Below are positions 47,384 to 57,099 of a DNA stretch of 64,000 bases, one piece after another. Positions within the stretch are counted from its first letter, which is position 1; every line of letters starts with the position of its first letter. The DNA lies in IMG/VR virus record IMGVR_UViG_3300040801_001025, positions 20,499 to 84,498 of that record; one strand, 5' to 3'. Below the pieces are notes generated by a model. The model had not been told where the DNA came from. It saw nothing but the letters and a program-made list of their open reading frames with translations, and did not search any database. The stretch is from a virus. A program made the translations under genes and the position numbers.

Positions 47384-48427
47384 ATGGAATACTCTAGCAT
47401 TGAAGAACTCGTAAGGTCCAATGTCGTCTTCTCAGGAAGCGTTTCAGCTAGTGGATGGGAACGCTTGTATTGTGAAGTATGCGGCGATGGAGCCCGTACA
47501 AAAGGCCCACGAGGGGCGTTTCTCTTTGAGGGGGACGCCTGCTTCTACAATTGCTTTAACTGTGGCATAGAAGGCAATTTTGACCCCAATCGTGAGGTTC
47601 CCTGTTCAAAGCACATGTGGGAAATTCTCACATCTTTTGGTATTCAACCCCGCGAATTCAATAAACTGGCCGAAGATGCTAAGAAAGCAAATGGTATTAA
47701 GGTTGTTAAGCGTCAGCCTTTAATACTTCCTAAGATCGACCCTATTCCTGATTACATGAAACTTCTTCGTGAGTTTCCAAAGGACAGTTTGATTGCTGAC
47801 GAAGCACGACGGTTTCTGTGGACAAAATACAAGATGACTGAAGACGATTACCCGTTCTATCTGTCTACGGGTAAATCTAAAGAAGATCACTATATTGCCA
47901 AAGCACTACGTCCTAGAATTATTATACCTGCAATGTATCATGGTGATATGCTGTACTGGCAAGCTAGAATATTTGTAGGCGAGAGCAAGTCTAAATACAT
48001 CAGTGCTAGTGTTAAGAATGCCACCAGTGTGGTATTCGGTATGGATAACTTAACACGCCATAGGCATCGTCCTTTGTACATTACAGAAGGGTTCTTTGAC
48101 TCTTGGCATGTTGGTGGTGTCGCTACAATGACCAATAGAATGAAAAAAGGTCGTATCGATACAATCAACCGCAGTGCTCGTGATAAAGTGATTTTACCTG
48201 ATCAAAACGATGATGGTATGAATCTGGCAGATCAAGGAATAGAACTTGGTTGGGGCGTATCTTTGCCGAAAATCTATCCAGAAACAGACATTTGTGGCGC
48301 TATCAATCGCTTCGGAAAACTTTATGTGATGAAATCTATCATCGATAATACTTATCATGGTGATAGAGCCAAAATATCATTAAAAATCTTCAAAAACGAA
48401 TATGGGCTGACATCCTCACATAAATAG
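47384..48427 (+). CDS. DNA primase (T4 gp61-like)
   Basis: CEVCGD...YNCFNCG Zn finger, RIIIP, WQAR, ITEGFFDS Toprim, PDQND. Confidence 0.85.
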   Translation: MEYSSIEELVRSNVVFSGSVSASGWERLYCEVCGDGARTKGPRGAFLFEGDACFYNCFNCGIEGNFDPNREVPCSKHMWEILTSFGIQPREFNKLAEDAKKANGIKVVKRQPLILPKIDPIPDYMKLLREFPKDSLIADEARRFLWTKYKMTEDDYPFYLSTGKSKEDHYIAKALRPRIIIPAMYHGDMLYWQARIFVGESKSKYISASVKNATSVVFGMDNLTRHRHRPLYITEGFFDSWHVGGVATMTNRMKKGRIDTINRSARDKVILPDQNDDGMNLADQGIELGWGVSLPKIYPETDICGAINRFGKLYVMKSIIDNTYHGDRAKISLKIFKNEYGLTSSHK

Positions 48428-48469
48428 CATAAGAAACCACTGTTTAGTAACACTTGGTGAGGATTAGTA

Positions 48470-48658
48470 ATGTCAGAAAAAAGCGACAACACTGCAACAA
48501 ACATTTCTACGGAAAAGCGTAAGCGACAGAAGATCAGAGAAGTGAATAATACTATCTTGCGTCTTCAATTAGAAGCTGAGTTAATGAGAAAAAGCGATCA
48601 CTGTGATTGCAAAAAATCATATGTAGAAGAGTTTTTGCAAGGGTTGAAAATTGACTGA
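48470..48658 (+). CDS. hypothetical protein
   Basis: GAGG RBS, late promoter 48419-48426. Confidence 0.5.
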   Translation: MSEKSDNTATNISTEKRKRQKIREVNNTILRLQLEAELMRKSDHCDCKKSYVEEFLQGLKID

Positions 48659-48842
48659 TAGAACAATATTCGCAAAAAACATTATATCACAACTTCGTCG
48701 TGCAGATGAAGTCAGTTCCCTCGTCAATAAATATGGTGTGATTCTGAACGATGACGGTTCAGTATTTGATCAAAAAACAAAAAGATCATTTCACAACTTA
48801 TTAGAATGGTCAAGGGACGTAAAGCATGAAGTACGACAATGA
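48651..48842 (+). CDS. hypothetical protein
   Basis: overlapping small ORF. Confidence 0.5.
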   Translation: MTDRTIFAKNIISQLRRADEVSSLVNKYGVILNDDGSVFDQKTKRSFHNLLEWSRDVKHEVRQ

Positions 48843-49047
48843 TTTTCTAGCAACATTGTATGGTAATAATGATTTAGAATCATTTTTAGCCCTAGTCGAA
48901 CCTGAAAAGATTGTCGACCTTCGAACTAGAGCTATTATTTTCACTCTTAAAGAATCAATGCAATCACTCAAACTTCAATTTTCTTCCCTTCAACTTAACG
49001 AAATAGCAACTCCTGTACAAAAATCAAAGGCACCCCAAGAGACATAA
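48826..49047 (+). CDS. hypothetical protein
   Basis: overlapping small ORF. Confidence 0.5.
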   Translation: MKYDNDFLATLYGNNDLESFLALVEPEKIVDLRTRAIIFTLKESMQSLKLQFSSLQLNEIATPVQKSKAPQET

Positions 49048-49075
49048 ATACCTCTATAGGTAGAGGCGTATCTTA

Positions 49076-50644
49076 ATGGCAGATAATAATGGGTTGTCAT
49101 CCCCGATTGAAGCTTACATCAAATATTTTAGAGATGTAAAGCCATATCACACCAAAATTCTAGAAACTCTTCGACAATTCAACTTTGTTGACTTGTTGAA
49201 TGTTACTATGGGAGAAGATACACTTCATGATTATACCATAGCTAATCGTCCTCTGTGTGACATTGTTCAACTTGGTACAGAATTTGATGAAGGTTTCATT
49301 TTCTCAGACGCCCAATTCATTGTGTCAACTAATACGACTACAAATTCTCTTACTTTAAGTGGCGACCAGACTAGTGCCTTTGCTGCTGACGATATAGTAG
49401 CTTTGTTTGGTGGCACAGGATTAGCTCCTAATGTTTCAATAATTGATACTGTATCATACAGTGCTGGAACAGACCTTACCACAATAAATTTTGTTAATGA
49501 TCTGGAAGATGGTCGAGACGATCAGTATACTCAAATTGGAAAAGAATTCTGCAACTTGATTGTTCCAATTTCGGGAGCATATGGTGAAATATTTGATGAT
49601 TCTGATTTAGTTACTGAAGCTTCGTATGTCAGTGACAACGGCAGCAATGAAATTGTTGTCTCCGGCAATGTTACCTACGATCAACGCTTTCAGATCATAA
49701 GTATTCCTAATAGCACAAATGTTGTAATTGAAGGTGATCAATCAGCTTTGTTTGGTGATAGTACATCGCCTCCCGAGTTTAGCGTGTTTAGAGTAATTCC
49801 ACGAAAAACTTATGAAATTGTATCATGTACTGCCAACACATTTGTAGTTGAAGGTAATCAAGTTTCTGACGTACTACGAACGCGTGAACTTGAAGTTCTT
49901 GGTACAGGTGTAAATGATGGTAGATACGGTGCGACCACTGCTGTTTATGACCCGGCTACGAATGAAACAACTATTACCATCAATGCTACACAGACAATTA
50001 ACACTGCCTATTGTGGTGGCATTTTAAGTGTTGAAAACTCTGCAAGAAACAGAGGTTTTTACAATGTAACAAATGCAACTTTTGATGGTATCAACACAAT
50101 TATTACAGTTGATGCTGCCACACCGTTTGAGTTGACTGATACTACAGAAGCTGATCGTCATGGTACAATTGTCATTAGAACAGGCATGACACCTCGTAGG
50201 ATTATTCGAACTGAAGTTAACAGAACTAGAATTGACACAGTATACACCAATCCTAACACGTTTACCGACCCATTTCCACCAAATAATCTTGAAGGCGATG
50301 AATACGCTGCTGATGCGAACACTGGCATCGATCCAAACAACATTCCGAATGATTTAAATCCGGCCGATGCCGATGACTTCTTAGATGCTTCTAATGTAGT
50401 TGATTTAATTACAATAACTGAAGATGTTGACTATGTAATATTACGATCTAATTACGACCCAGATACCGATCAAACAACATTGGAAATTGTTGGAGAAATT
50501 GGTGGAACGATTACTGGTTCTGTTGTACAAATGTTTGGTCATCTGTCTAGCGGCTATGACTCTCCTGATATTCAAGACCCAGATGAGAATCATCTATCTG
50601 TTATTATGACAGACAAATTAGAAGTGACGCAAATTAGACTATAA
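49076..50644 (+). CDS. virion structural protein (baseplate/tail-associated)
   Basis: YI..VKPYHTKI motif, beta-rich NDG.Y repeats, late promoter 49043-49050. Confidence 0.65.
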   Translation: MADNNGLSSPIEAYIKYFRDVKPYHTKILETLRQFNFVDLLNVTMGEDTLHDYTIANRPLCDIVQLGTEFDEGFIFSDAQFIVSTNTTTNSLTLSGDQTSAFAADDIVALFGGTGLAPNVSIIDTVSYSAGTDLTTINFVNDLEDGRDDQYTQIGKEFCNLIVPISGAYGEIFDDSDLVTEASYVSDNGSNEIVVSGNVTYDQRFQIISIPNSTNVVIEGDQSALFGDSTSPPEFSVFRVIPRKTYEIVSCTANTFVVEGNQVSDVLRTRELEVLGTGVNDGRYGATTAVYDPATNETTITINATQTINTAYCGGILSVENSARNRGFYNVTNATFDGINTIITVDAATPFELTDTTEADRHGTIVIRTGMTPRRIIRTEVNRTRIDTVYTNPNTFTDPFPPNNLEGDEYAADANTGIDPNNIPNDLNPADADDFLDASNVVDLITITEDVDYVILRSNYDPDTDQTTLEIVGEIGGTITGSVVQMFGHLSSGYDSPDIQDPDENHLSVIMTDKLEVTQIRL

Positions 50645-51236
50645 TAAAGGAAGGAACCTCGCGCTTCTTCCATGCAAACATATCACGCTTTGCACCATTA
50701 TAGTAAGCATGATATGAGGCAATAGAATCACCTTCAACTTTATATTGCTCTTCCATGGCAGGCGTGGGCTCTGTTCTATACAGACCACGAGTAATGTTAT
50801 TTGGACATGCAGCAAGGTAAGGAATGAGTGCCGCAGTCTTGTGCTTCTTACCGTATCGATACGTATACTCGCTCAACAATGCACATAGAAGATCAAGCAG
50901 CCACAAATAATTAGTTGCGCTTTCTCTTACCCAAATTGCAGATGGGTGATTGGGATGAGTATGGCGATACAGATATCGTTCTTTCATAATATCCGTATGG
51001 TGAAGAGTCAAATCAATGCGAACTTTTTGTTTACCGTATTCAAGATGGCTGAACTGTTTGTTTGCATGATAGATAGCTTTGACTGGAGTATATGGAACTT
51101 CTACAGGCACCCCGTCCAGAATTCTATGAGCCGTGGATAAAAGCTGTGCGTATTCAAGTATCATTTTTACTACGTGTTTGTCCACATGCCACTGTGCGCA
51201 AATCGTAGGATCGGGGTCCAAATAAAATATATTCAT
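50634..51236 (-). CDS. pyrimidine dimer DNA glycosylase-like (DenV-related family) protein
   Basis: MNIFYLD.DP..CA..H.DKHVVKMILEYAQLLSTAH, HPSAIW, EYTYRYGK.H. Confidence 0.75.
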   Translation of the reverse strand: MNIFYLDPDPTICAQWHVDKHVVKMILEYAQLLSTAHRILDGVPVEVPYTPVKAIYHANKQFSHLEYGKQKVRIDLTLHHTDIMKERYLYRHTHPNHPSAIWVRESATNYLWLLDLLCALLSEYTYRYGKKHKTAALIPYLAACPNNITRGLYRTEPTPAMEEQYKVEGDSIASYHAYYNGAKRDMFAWKKREVPSFIIV

Positions 51237-51237
51237 A

Positions 51238-51537
51238 TTAATCCTTGGTTTCGTATTCTTCCACTATTACGTGGCAACCATACCCTTTTAAATCGTTAGG
51301 AACCCATAGATCAGGGCTTCTACATACATAACTCCTAACTACATCATGAGGTTCCCAACCATATTCTGTATCAAGGTCACCAGTAAGAACCCAAAAGGCA
51401 TACCAATCATGAAGACTTTGACGACAGATCATTTTTACATGATCTGCCGCCGCTTTGCGTGCATTGTACTGGTTCAGATAGAGCCCGACAAGCTCAAAAT
51501 GATCATAGTCAGACTCATAAACCATGTAGATTTTCAT
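51238..51537 (-). CDS. hypothetical protein
   Basis: MKIYMVYE..; ATGA overlap. Confidence 0.55.
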   Translation of the reverse strand: MKIYMVYESDYDHFELVGLYLNQYNARKAAADHVKMICRQSLHDWYAFWVLTGDLDTEYGWEPHDVVRSYVCRSPDLWVPNDLKGYGCHVIVEEYETKD

Positions 51538-52040
51538 GCCGCGTCAATCTCCTGCATCAAGTTGGTCAACTCATCAATCGTCTTCTTTGCACTCTTGTGA
51601 AGCACACCGATTCCGTTAGCATTGATCCATGGGCTGATGGACTTGGTACGATCATCGATTAGGATAGCCTTCTCGTGAGCGTACTCAGCCTTGTTACTGG
51701 ACGACTGCACGCAGATGCACTCAACGTCCCAACCGTATTTTTCACCAACCCATGCCTTCTTCTGACCGGCTGCGTCTCGTGGCGTAGTACCCGTTGCCGT
51801 AAGGATTCTTACAGTTTCAAAGTGTCTCGTCACGAATTCCCACAGCCTATCGGCATCCGGCATCTTGGGCAAGCTGTAAAACCAACCCTTGACTTCACGG
51901 TCATATCGTTCGATAGCCGACCATACTTTACCTTGCTTATGAGTCTTCATGGACATGCCAAAACGATCTTTCGTTGCTTGGTCAAAATCAGCCAAAACCC
52001 CATCAAGGTCTACATATACTTCATATTCTTCCACTTTCAT
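51534..52040 (-). CDS. HAD 5'(3')-deoxyribonucleotidase-like protein
   Basis: YVDLDGVLADF, ILTA, KKAW, ILIDD. Confidence 0.8.
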   Translation of the reverse strand: MKVEEYEVYVDLDGVLADFDQATKDRFGMSMKTHKQGKVWSAIERYDREVKGWFYSLPKMPDADRLWEFVTRHFETVRILTATGTTPRDAAGQKKAWVGEKYGWDVECICVQSSSNKAEYAHEKAILIDDRTKSISPWINANGIGVLHKSAKKTIDELTNLMQEIDAA

Positions 52041-52076
52041 TTTCTTCTCCTATAAATATTCAAAAGGGGTAGACTC

Positions 52077-52364
52077 GTGTACAAACCAAACAATCCAACC
52101 GATTTCTTTATCAATATTGTCGCCAACAGGCCAGCACTTCCGTCAATGTCCGATTCGGAAGTAGAACGTCTAGTGTCTGTGCTAGAAGGTCTTCAGGTGT
52201 ACTTGGATGAGCGAAAGAGCCCGACACCATGTGAAAAGAAATTAGGCTTTAACGGTCGAAGTTTGCTTCGTGAGTACCGTTATCTCACCGACCCAACCCT
52301 GCGCCAAGATGACTTGGATTACGACGGTGAGAGTGTCTATGAATATTTAGTAGAGAACTACTAA
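52077..52364 (+). CDS. hypothetical protein
   Basis: TATAAATA at 52051-52058; GTG start. Confidence 0.5.
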   Translation: MYKPNNPTDFFINIVANRPALPSMSDSEVERLVSVLEGLQVYLDERKSPTPCEKKLGFNGRSLLREYRYLTDPTLRQDDLDYDGESVYEYLVENY

Positions 52365-53818
52365 CTAGTCAATTCTTTTACACGATTGATAACGTCAAAC
52401 CACTTATCAGTTTTTCCAAGACGCTCAAAGTACTTGTTAACTTCCCAGCAGTGATCAAAGATTTCATCCCAATCATCACTCACATGCTTTGCCATCGCTC
52501 GTCGGATATTCTTCAACGTCGGAGCTAGAAGTTGAGGTTGCCATGAAGTCTTCACTTTAAAGGCCATTTCATCCGTTGTCAAGATCAATTCGCAAGCAAT
52601 TGAAAGAGCTTTCACATACTGACCGGCTGCGCAGTCGTAATTGAATTCATTAGACATTGGCAACATAGCAAAGTATTTCTGCTTGTTGGCATCTTTACCA
52701 ATCTCAGTCGTAAAAACTGCATCGTAAGCCTCAGTCAGTTTGATTTCAAACTCAGCAGGGCCAACAATATCAAGTTGCCGCTCCGACGCACAGCGAATAA
52801 TGTCTGTCATAATCGGCTGCGGCACATTTCCGCCAGCACGAATACTTGTGGCAATTTGCTGAACGATATCAGCATCGCCATGCTGCATGATGCGCCTACG
52901 AACTGCTTCATCCTTGCCACTGATTGCTTGTGACACATATTCACGAGGAATGTACGGCAGAAAGACTGATACATATCCTTCGCTCGCAAACACAGTGTCT
53001 TTAACATTGGTCACAAAGTTAATGTTGCTGAATCGTTTACGAATCTTGTCCGGGTTATTGGACTTGTACAAATTCTCCAACACTTCAGCATACGATCCAA
53101 CACGTACCATTTGTCGGAGTCGTTCTAGTGGAAACTTGTCGCCATCGAGATAATAACGAAGATCGAGACTGGGTTTCAGATAGCCCTTCAGTGCATACTC
53201 TAGACGACGTGGAGAACACATTCTTTTCAGATCATCGCTAAGCGAGCGCCACCATTCACATGCACCTGCTGCTTCTTCTGGTCCGAAAAGCTTTGCAAAG
53301 TATTCTTCATTCACATCATACGGAAGTGCAATCTGAATATGAAAACGGTCTTCAACCGCCTTGTCCATATCATCAACGTGATAAGACATTGCAGAGTCTT
53401 CTTCATTGGGATTGATTGCCACCCACACGACTTTCAGATTCGGAAACTTCATACCGTTAATGCTTTGAAACTGAATCAGTTCCATAACAGCATTGGTGAC
53501 CTTGGGCTTTGCACGGTTGAACTCGTCAATGAAGATAGCTTGAATCTGGCTTTGCTCCGAGAACTCTTTCTTGCGCAGAAACCCAAGATAGCGTTCGCCA
53601 TCTTCTTCAATAGCGTCAGGGATACCAACGAAGTCAACCCACGGGTCCATCGTTGCACCGGAAAGATAGGCATATTCCCACCCAAGCTCTTCAAAAGCTT
53701 TAAGGGTCATGCTGGTTTTACCCACTCCGTGCCATGCTTCTAGAAGCACGTTCTGCTCAGCCTCGGCAAAAGTTTTGAGCAGTTCGACGGTGACGGGTTC
53801 ACTGATTCTAACGGCCAT
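52361..53818 (-). CDS. MoxR-like AAA+ ATPase
   Basis: NVLLEAWHGVGKT, DFVGIP, FIDEFNR, AINP, DRF, SPR. Confidence 0.85.
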   Translation of the reverse strand: MAVRISEPVTVELLKTFAEAEQNVLLEAWHGVGKTSMTLKAFEELGWEYAYLSGATMDPWVDFVGIPDAIEEDGERYLGFLRKKEFSEQSQIQAIFIDEFNRAKPKVTNAVMELIQFQSINGMKFPNLKVVWVAINPNEEDSAMSYHVDDMDKAVEDRFHIQIALPYDVNEEYFAKLFGPEEAAGACEWWRSLSDDLKRMCSPRRLEYALKGYLKPSLDLRYYLDGDKFPLERLRQMVRVGSYAEVLENLYKSNNPDKIRKRFSNINFVTNVKDTVFASEGYVSVFLPYIPREYVSQAISGKDEAVRRRIMQHGDADIVQQIATSIRAGGNVPQPIMTDIIRCASERQLDIVGPAEFEIKLTEAYDAVFTTEIGKDANKQKYFAMLPMSNEFNYDCAAGQYVKALSIACELILTTDEMAFKVKTSWQPQLLAPTLKNIRRAMAKHVSDDWDEIFDHCWEVNKYFERLGKTDKWFDVINRVKELTS

Positions 53819-53840
53819 GAGATTCCTCCAATTTCTTCGT

Positions 53841-53903
53841 ATCCTACGTGGCTTATGATTGGGTGTCAATAGGTATTGCACATGCTGAGAAAGTGAGTAT
53901 AAT
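53841..53903. promoter_or_regulatory. divergent sigma70 promoters
   Basis: minus: TTGACA(53869-53864)-N17-TAGGAT; plus: TTGCAC(53876)-N16-TATAAT(53898). Confidence 0.65.
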
Positions 53904-53910
53904 GCTCGCC

Positions 53911-55260
53911 ATGGAAAACATGACTGACATCGAACGCCGGATCATTGCTCGTCGCCTTGAGGGGCATCATGCTATCTTTGAGCGTATCTGGCAACTCTCA
54001 CGCATTCGCTTTTCTAAGAAGCTGAAGACGGCAGGCGTCTACTTCAACAAGAAAGGCGAGTGCGTCGATTTTATCATCAATCCAGATTTCTGGGCAAGCT
54101 TGGATGATGTAACTAAAGACTTCGTGTTCTGTCACGAATGTCTTCATATCTCCCTCAATCACGGGCATCGATCCCTCGGAGGTGAACGCAAGCTCCACAA
54201 GATTAGAAATATTGCACAGGACTTGGTAATTAACCATGGTCTTGTAAACTATTATGGTTTTTCCAGATCAAAGATTGATCCTGATAATCGTTATTGCTGG
54301 ATTGATAAGTTCTTTTTGCCGCATGACAAAGTGCATGACGAAGAATGCTTTGAGTTTTATTTCAATCGTCTGCGTCAAATGGCACAAGATAATCCTGATC
54401 AGTTTCAGAACGGCTCTGATAATTCTGAAACTGTTGACGACCATGAAAGTTCACCTGAAGACCTTGATCTTGATCCTGACGAATATAGCGATGACTTCGA
54501 TGATGTAATCGACTATCTCAACGACAAAATGTCGGATGAAGAGAAGTACGATATGAAAGATTTCATCGAAGAGAATCAAGAGCCGGATCAATACTTTGAT
54601 GATAACACTGGTTCTAGTTCTACGAAAACGACTGATCACAAAGCAGGTAATCAAGCAGGTAAGGGCTGGACGTTTGCTCAACCTCTACCTTATAAAGAAC
54701 CTGTCAAGTTTGAAAAGATAGTGACTAGTTGGGCCAAGAAAACAATCAAAGAGAAAGAAATAGATTACGATCAGTTCGTGTTTCGTAACAGGCGCTATGC
54801 TCGCGTTTTGCGTGATCGAAAGCTCCCAACTGAACACGAAATGGAAGTATTGAATCGTGACAATGACAGGACGGTAGCATGGTTCTTTCAAGACACGTCC
54901 CACTCTTGTAAAGGTTGGCGTGATCGATTCTTCAATATTGCAGAGCGTATGCCGAAAGATATCTTCGACATGCGACTGTTTTGCTTTGACCATGAGATTC
55001 ACGACACCACACTAGAAAGCCGTGAGCTAAAAGGCTTTGGTGGTACTAGTTTCACTATCATCGAGGGCCGTATTCAGAGGGCTCTAAAAGATAGGGAAAT
55101 CCCCAAGTACCCCGATGCTGTATTTGTGATTACAGACGGTATAGGCAACGATGTGCATCCTGCGAAGCCGGATAATTGGCATGTGATGCTTACACCCGGT
55201 GGGAGAAAGTCAAACTTCAAGGGAGTTACCAATTTCTATGACTTGAAGGACTATATCTAA
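53911..55260 (+). CDS. metallopeptidase-like plus vWA domain protein (MoxR partner)
   Basis: TAGV, HECLH (HExxH), NIAQD..IN; DTSHS MIDAS-like, FD, GGTSF, VITDG. Confidence 0.85.
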   Translation: MENMTDIERRIIARRLEGHHAIFERIWQLSRIRFSKKLKTAGVYFNKKGECVDFIINPDFWASLDDVTKDFVFCHECLHISLNHGHRSLGGERKLHKIRNIAQDLVINHGLVNYYGFSRSKIDPDNRYCWIDKFFLPHDKVHDEECFEFYFNRLRQMAQDNPDQFQNGSDNSETVDDHESSPEDLDLDPDEYSDDFDDVIDYLNDKMSDEEKYDMKDFIEENQEPDQYFDDNTGSSSTKTTDHKAGNQAGKGWTFAQPLPYKEPVKFEKIVTSWAKKTIKEKEIDYDQFVFRNRRYARVLRDRKLPTEHEMEVLNRDNDRTVAWFFQDTSHSCKGWRDRFFNIAERMPKDIFDMRLFCFDHEIHDTTLESRELKGFGGTSFTIIEGRIQRALKDREIPKYPDAVFVITDGIGNDVHPAKPDNWHVMLTPGGRKSNFKGVTNFYDLKDYI

Positions 55261-55312
55261 AATCAATTCTCCTTGCTAATGGCCATAAATATAGTTAGCA
55301 AGGAGAATTGCC

Positions 55313-56212
55313 ATGTCTTTTCTTAGAACAATTATTGAAGAGGGCGAAAAGAAGAAAGGTAAGAAGCGTAAAGTTCCTTACCGCTTTGGTGTTCCTGCCA
55401 AATATTTAGCTGGTCTGAGTGACGAAGAAGCCAAGAAGCGTGCCGCCGCGATCAAGAAGCGTGGCGACAAGTACGAAAAAGGCAAGAAGAAAATCAAAGA
55501 TGATGATCTTCCGGGTGATCAGCCAGATACTAAAGATTCTCCTAGTACAAAACGATACCATGAAAAGTATGGTAAACCAGAATCTAAAAAGAAAAAGTCC
55601 AAAAAGGAGAATCACGAAATGACTGGTAGTATTCTAAATGAAGTAGTGCAAGAGCTTCTACTTGAAGAAGACAAGAAGAAATTCATTGCCAAGGTTGCAA
55701 AGGATACAGGTATTTCTTCCTCTATTCTAAGCCAAGTATATTCGCGTGGTATGGCGGCTGCAAGATCATCCGGTAATCGTCCGGGTGCAAACCCTGTATC
55801 ATGGGCAAAGGCTCGTGTATATTCTTTCGTAGAAAACGATAAGAAACATGATAAAGACTTACATCGTAAACGAAGTGATTCCAAAAAGCCAAAGTGGGCC
55901 GGTGACGGTGAAAAGAAAAAAGAAGAGTCTAAATCTAAAAAGAAAAAGACTAACGAGAGCTACATGTTTAAAGACAGAGCCTATGCAAAAGCTAGTCGTA
56001 GTCTCGGAGACATTCAAGATTCAGTAGACACAAAGATTGATTCAGATGAAATGCAAGAAATTGCTCGTAGAATCGCGCCTATTTATGCAAACTCTATGGG
56101 TAATAAAAGACTTGTAATGAACGCTATGAGTCAATATGACGTTCCCGAGAATATGCAATACCAACTTTTTGTATTCATCAAGCGAAATTTGGACGAATTG
56201 CTGGGCGATTGA
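55313..56212 (+). CDS. basic hypothetical protein (DUF5824-like)
   Basis: GVPAKYLAGLS, VYSRGMAA..SG.RPGA....WA.ARVYSF; Lys-rich. Confidence 0.65.
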   Translation: MSFLRTIIEEGEKKKGKKRKVPYRFGVPAKYLAGLSDEEAKKRAAAIKKRGDKYEKGKKKIKDDDLPGDQPDTKDSPSTKRYHEKYGKPESKKKKSKKENHEMTGSILNEVVQELLLEEDKKKFIAKVAKDTGISSSILSQVYSRGMAAARSSGNRPGANPVSWAKARVYSFVENDKKHDKDLHRKRSDSKKPKWAGDGEKKKEESKSKKKKTNESYMFKDRAYAKASRSLGDIQDSVDTKIDSDEMQEIARRIAPIYANSMGNKRLVMNAMSQYDVPENMQYQLFVFIKRNLDELLGD

Positions 56213-56215
56213 TTA

Positions 56216-56716
56216 ATGAAATTATTTGAAGTAAAGGGATCATACGATTATGATAAATTACATCGTTTGGACCCTGACAATCCAAATAACCCGTATAAAG
56301 TATGGGATACTAAGGAACAAAAATGGGTAGGTCTTGCTAGTCTTAGTAAAAAAAATATGCAAAAGAGAGCCGCCCGTTTAGATAATGAACACTCTTCACC
56401 GGGAAGATTTGTGGTGAAGAAAGTTTATAGCAACAATTTGCATAAGGCTGTAAAGGAGGGCTATACTTTGTTAGAGAAATATGGTCCAGAGATGCTACAG
56501 TTCCTTGCTAAAGCAGCTATCATTTATGCAGAATTTACTGATATCTTTGGTGAAGACGACGGTATAAAGAAAACTTGCGACGAATTATCGTTAAAGTATT
56601 CAACTGATCTTGAAAAGCATGATTTAACTGCGGATGAAGCAGTTGAATTGGCTCAAGGAATGCTGCGAGTTAATTCAGAAGATGATATCAGAGCATATCT
56701 AAAGAAGGGGCCATAA
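56216..56716 (+). CDS. hypothetical protein, possible internal head protein
   Basis: MKLFEV N-terminus. Confidence 0.6.
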   Translation: MKLFEVKGSYDYDKLHRLDPDNPNNPYKVWDTKEQKWVGLASLSKKNMQKRAARLDNEHSSPGRFVVKKVYSNNLHKAVKEGYTLLEKYGPEMLQFLAKAAIIYAEFTDIFGEDDGIKKTCDELSLKYSTDLEKHDLTADEAVELAQGMLRVNSEDDIRAYLKKGP

Positions 56717-56727
56717 GGCCCCTTTTT
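56705..56727. terminator. bidirectional terminator
   Basis: AAGGGGCC-ATAA-GGCCCCTTTTT between convergent genes. Confidence 0.7.
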
Positions 56728-57097
56728 ATCGTTCGAAGAATCTCGGAATCACTTCGATTTGAATTGCATCCTTACGCCTTACGGCTTCATGGATGATTTT
56801 ATTACTATGTACCGGCTTAGCACCACGTCTACGATCAATAGACCAAGTGATGTGGTATTTGCTACCATCAGGACGATCTTCATTAAAATCAATGGCGCAT
56901 AGTAGCGCCTGTACTTTTAGATCATCACTAACTGCTTCGCCAATCACATGTACAACTTTTGGCTGCGCCGGAGCGTCGCCATGATTTACACCAAATTCTT
57001 CAGTGATGTGATGTGCAATCACATTCCTAAAAAGCGGTGGATAGATACGGTATAGCTTAGCACGGCTTTCTTCCGTTAGCTCGTATCCTGTGTACAT
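56726..57097 (-). CDS. small 2H-phosphoesterase-like protein
   Basis: AHHIT and YHITWS (two HxT motifs). Confidence 0.6.
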   Translation of the reverse strand: MYTGYELTEESRAKLYRIYPPLFRNVIAHHITEEFGVNHGDAPAQPKVVHVIGEAVSDDLKVQALLCAIDFNEDRPDGSKYHITWSIDRRRGAKPVHSNKIIHEAVRRKDAIQIEVIPRFFER

Positions 57098-57099
57098 GA

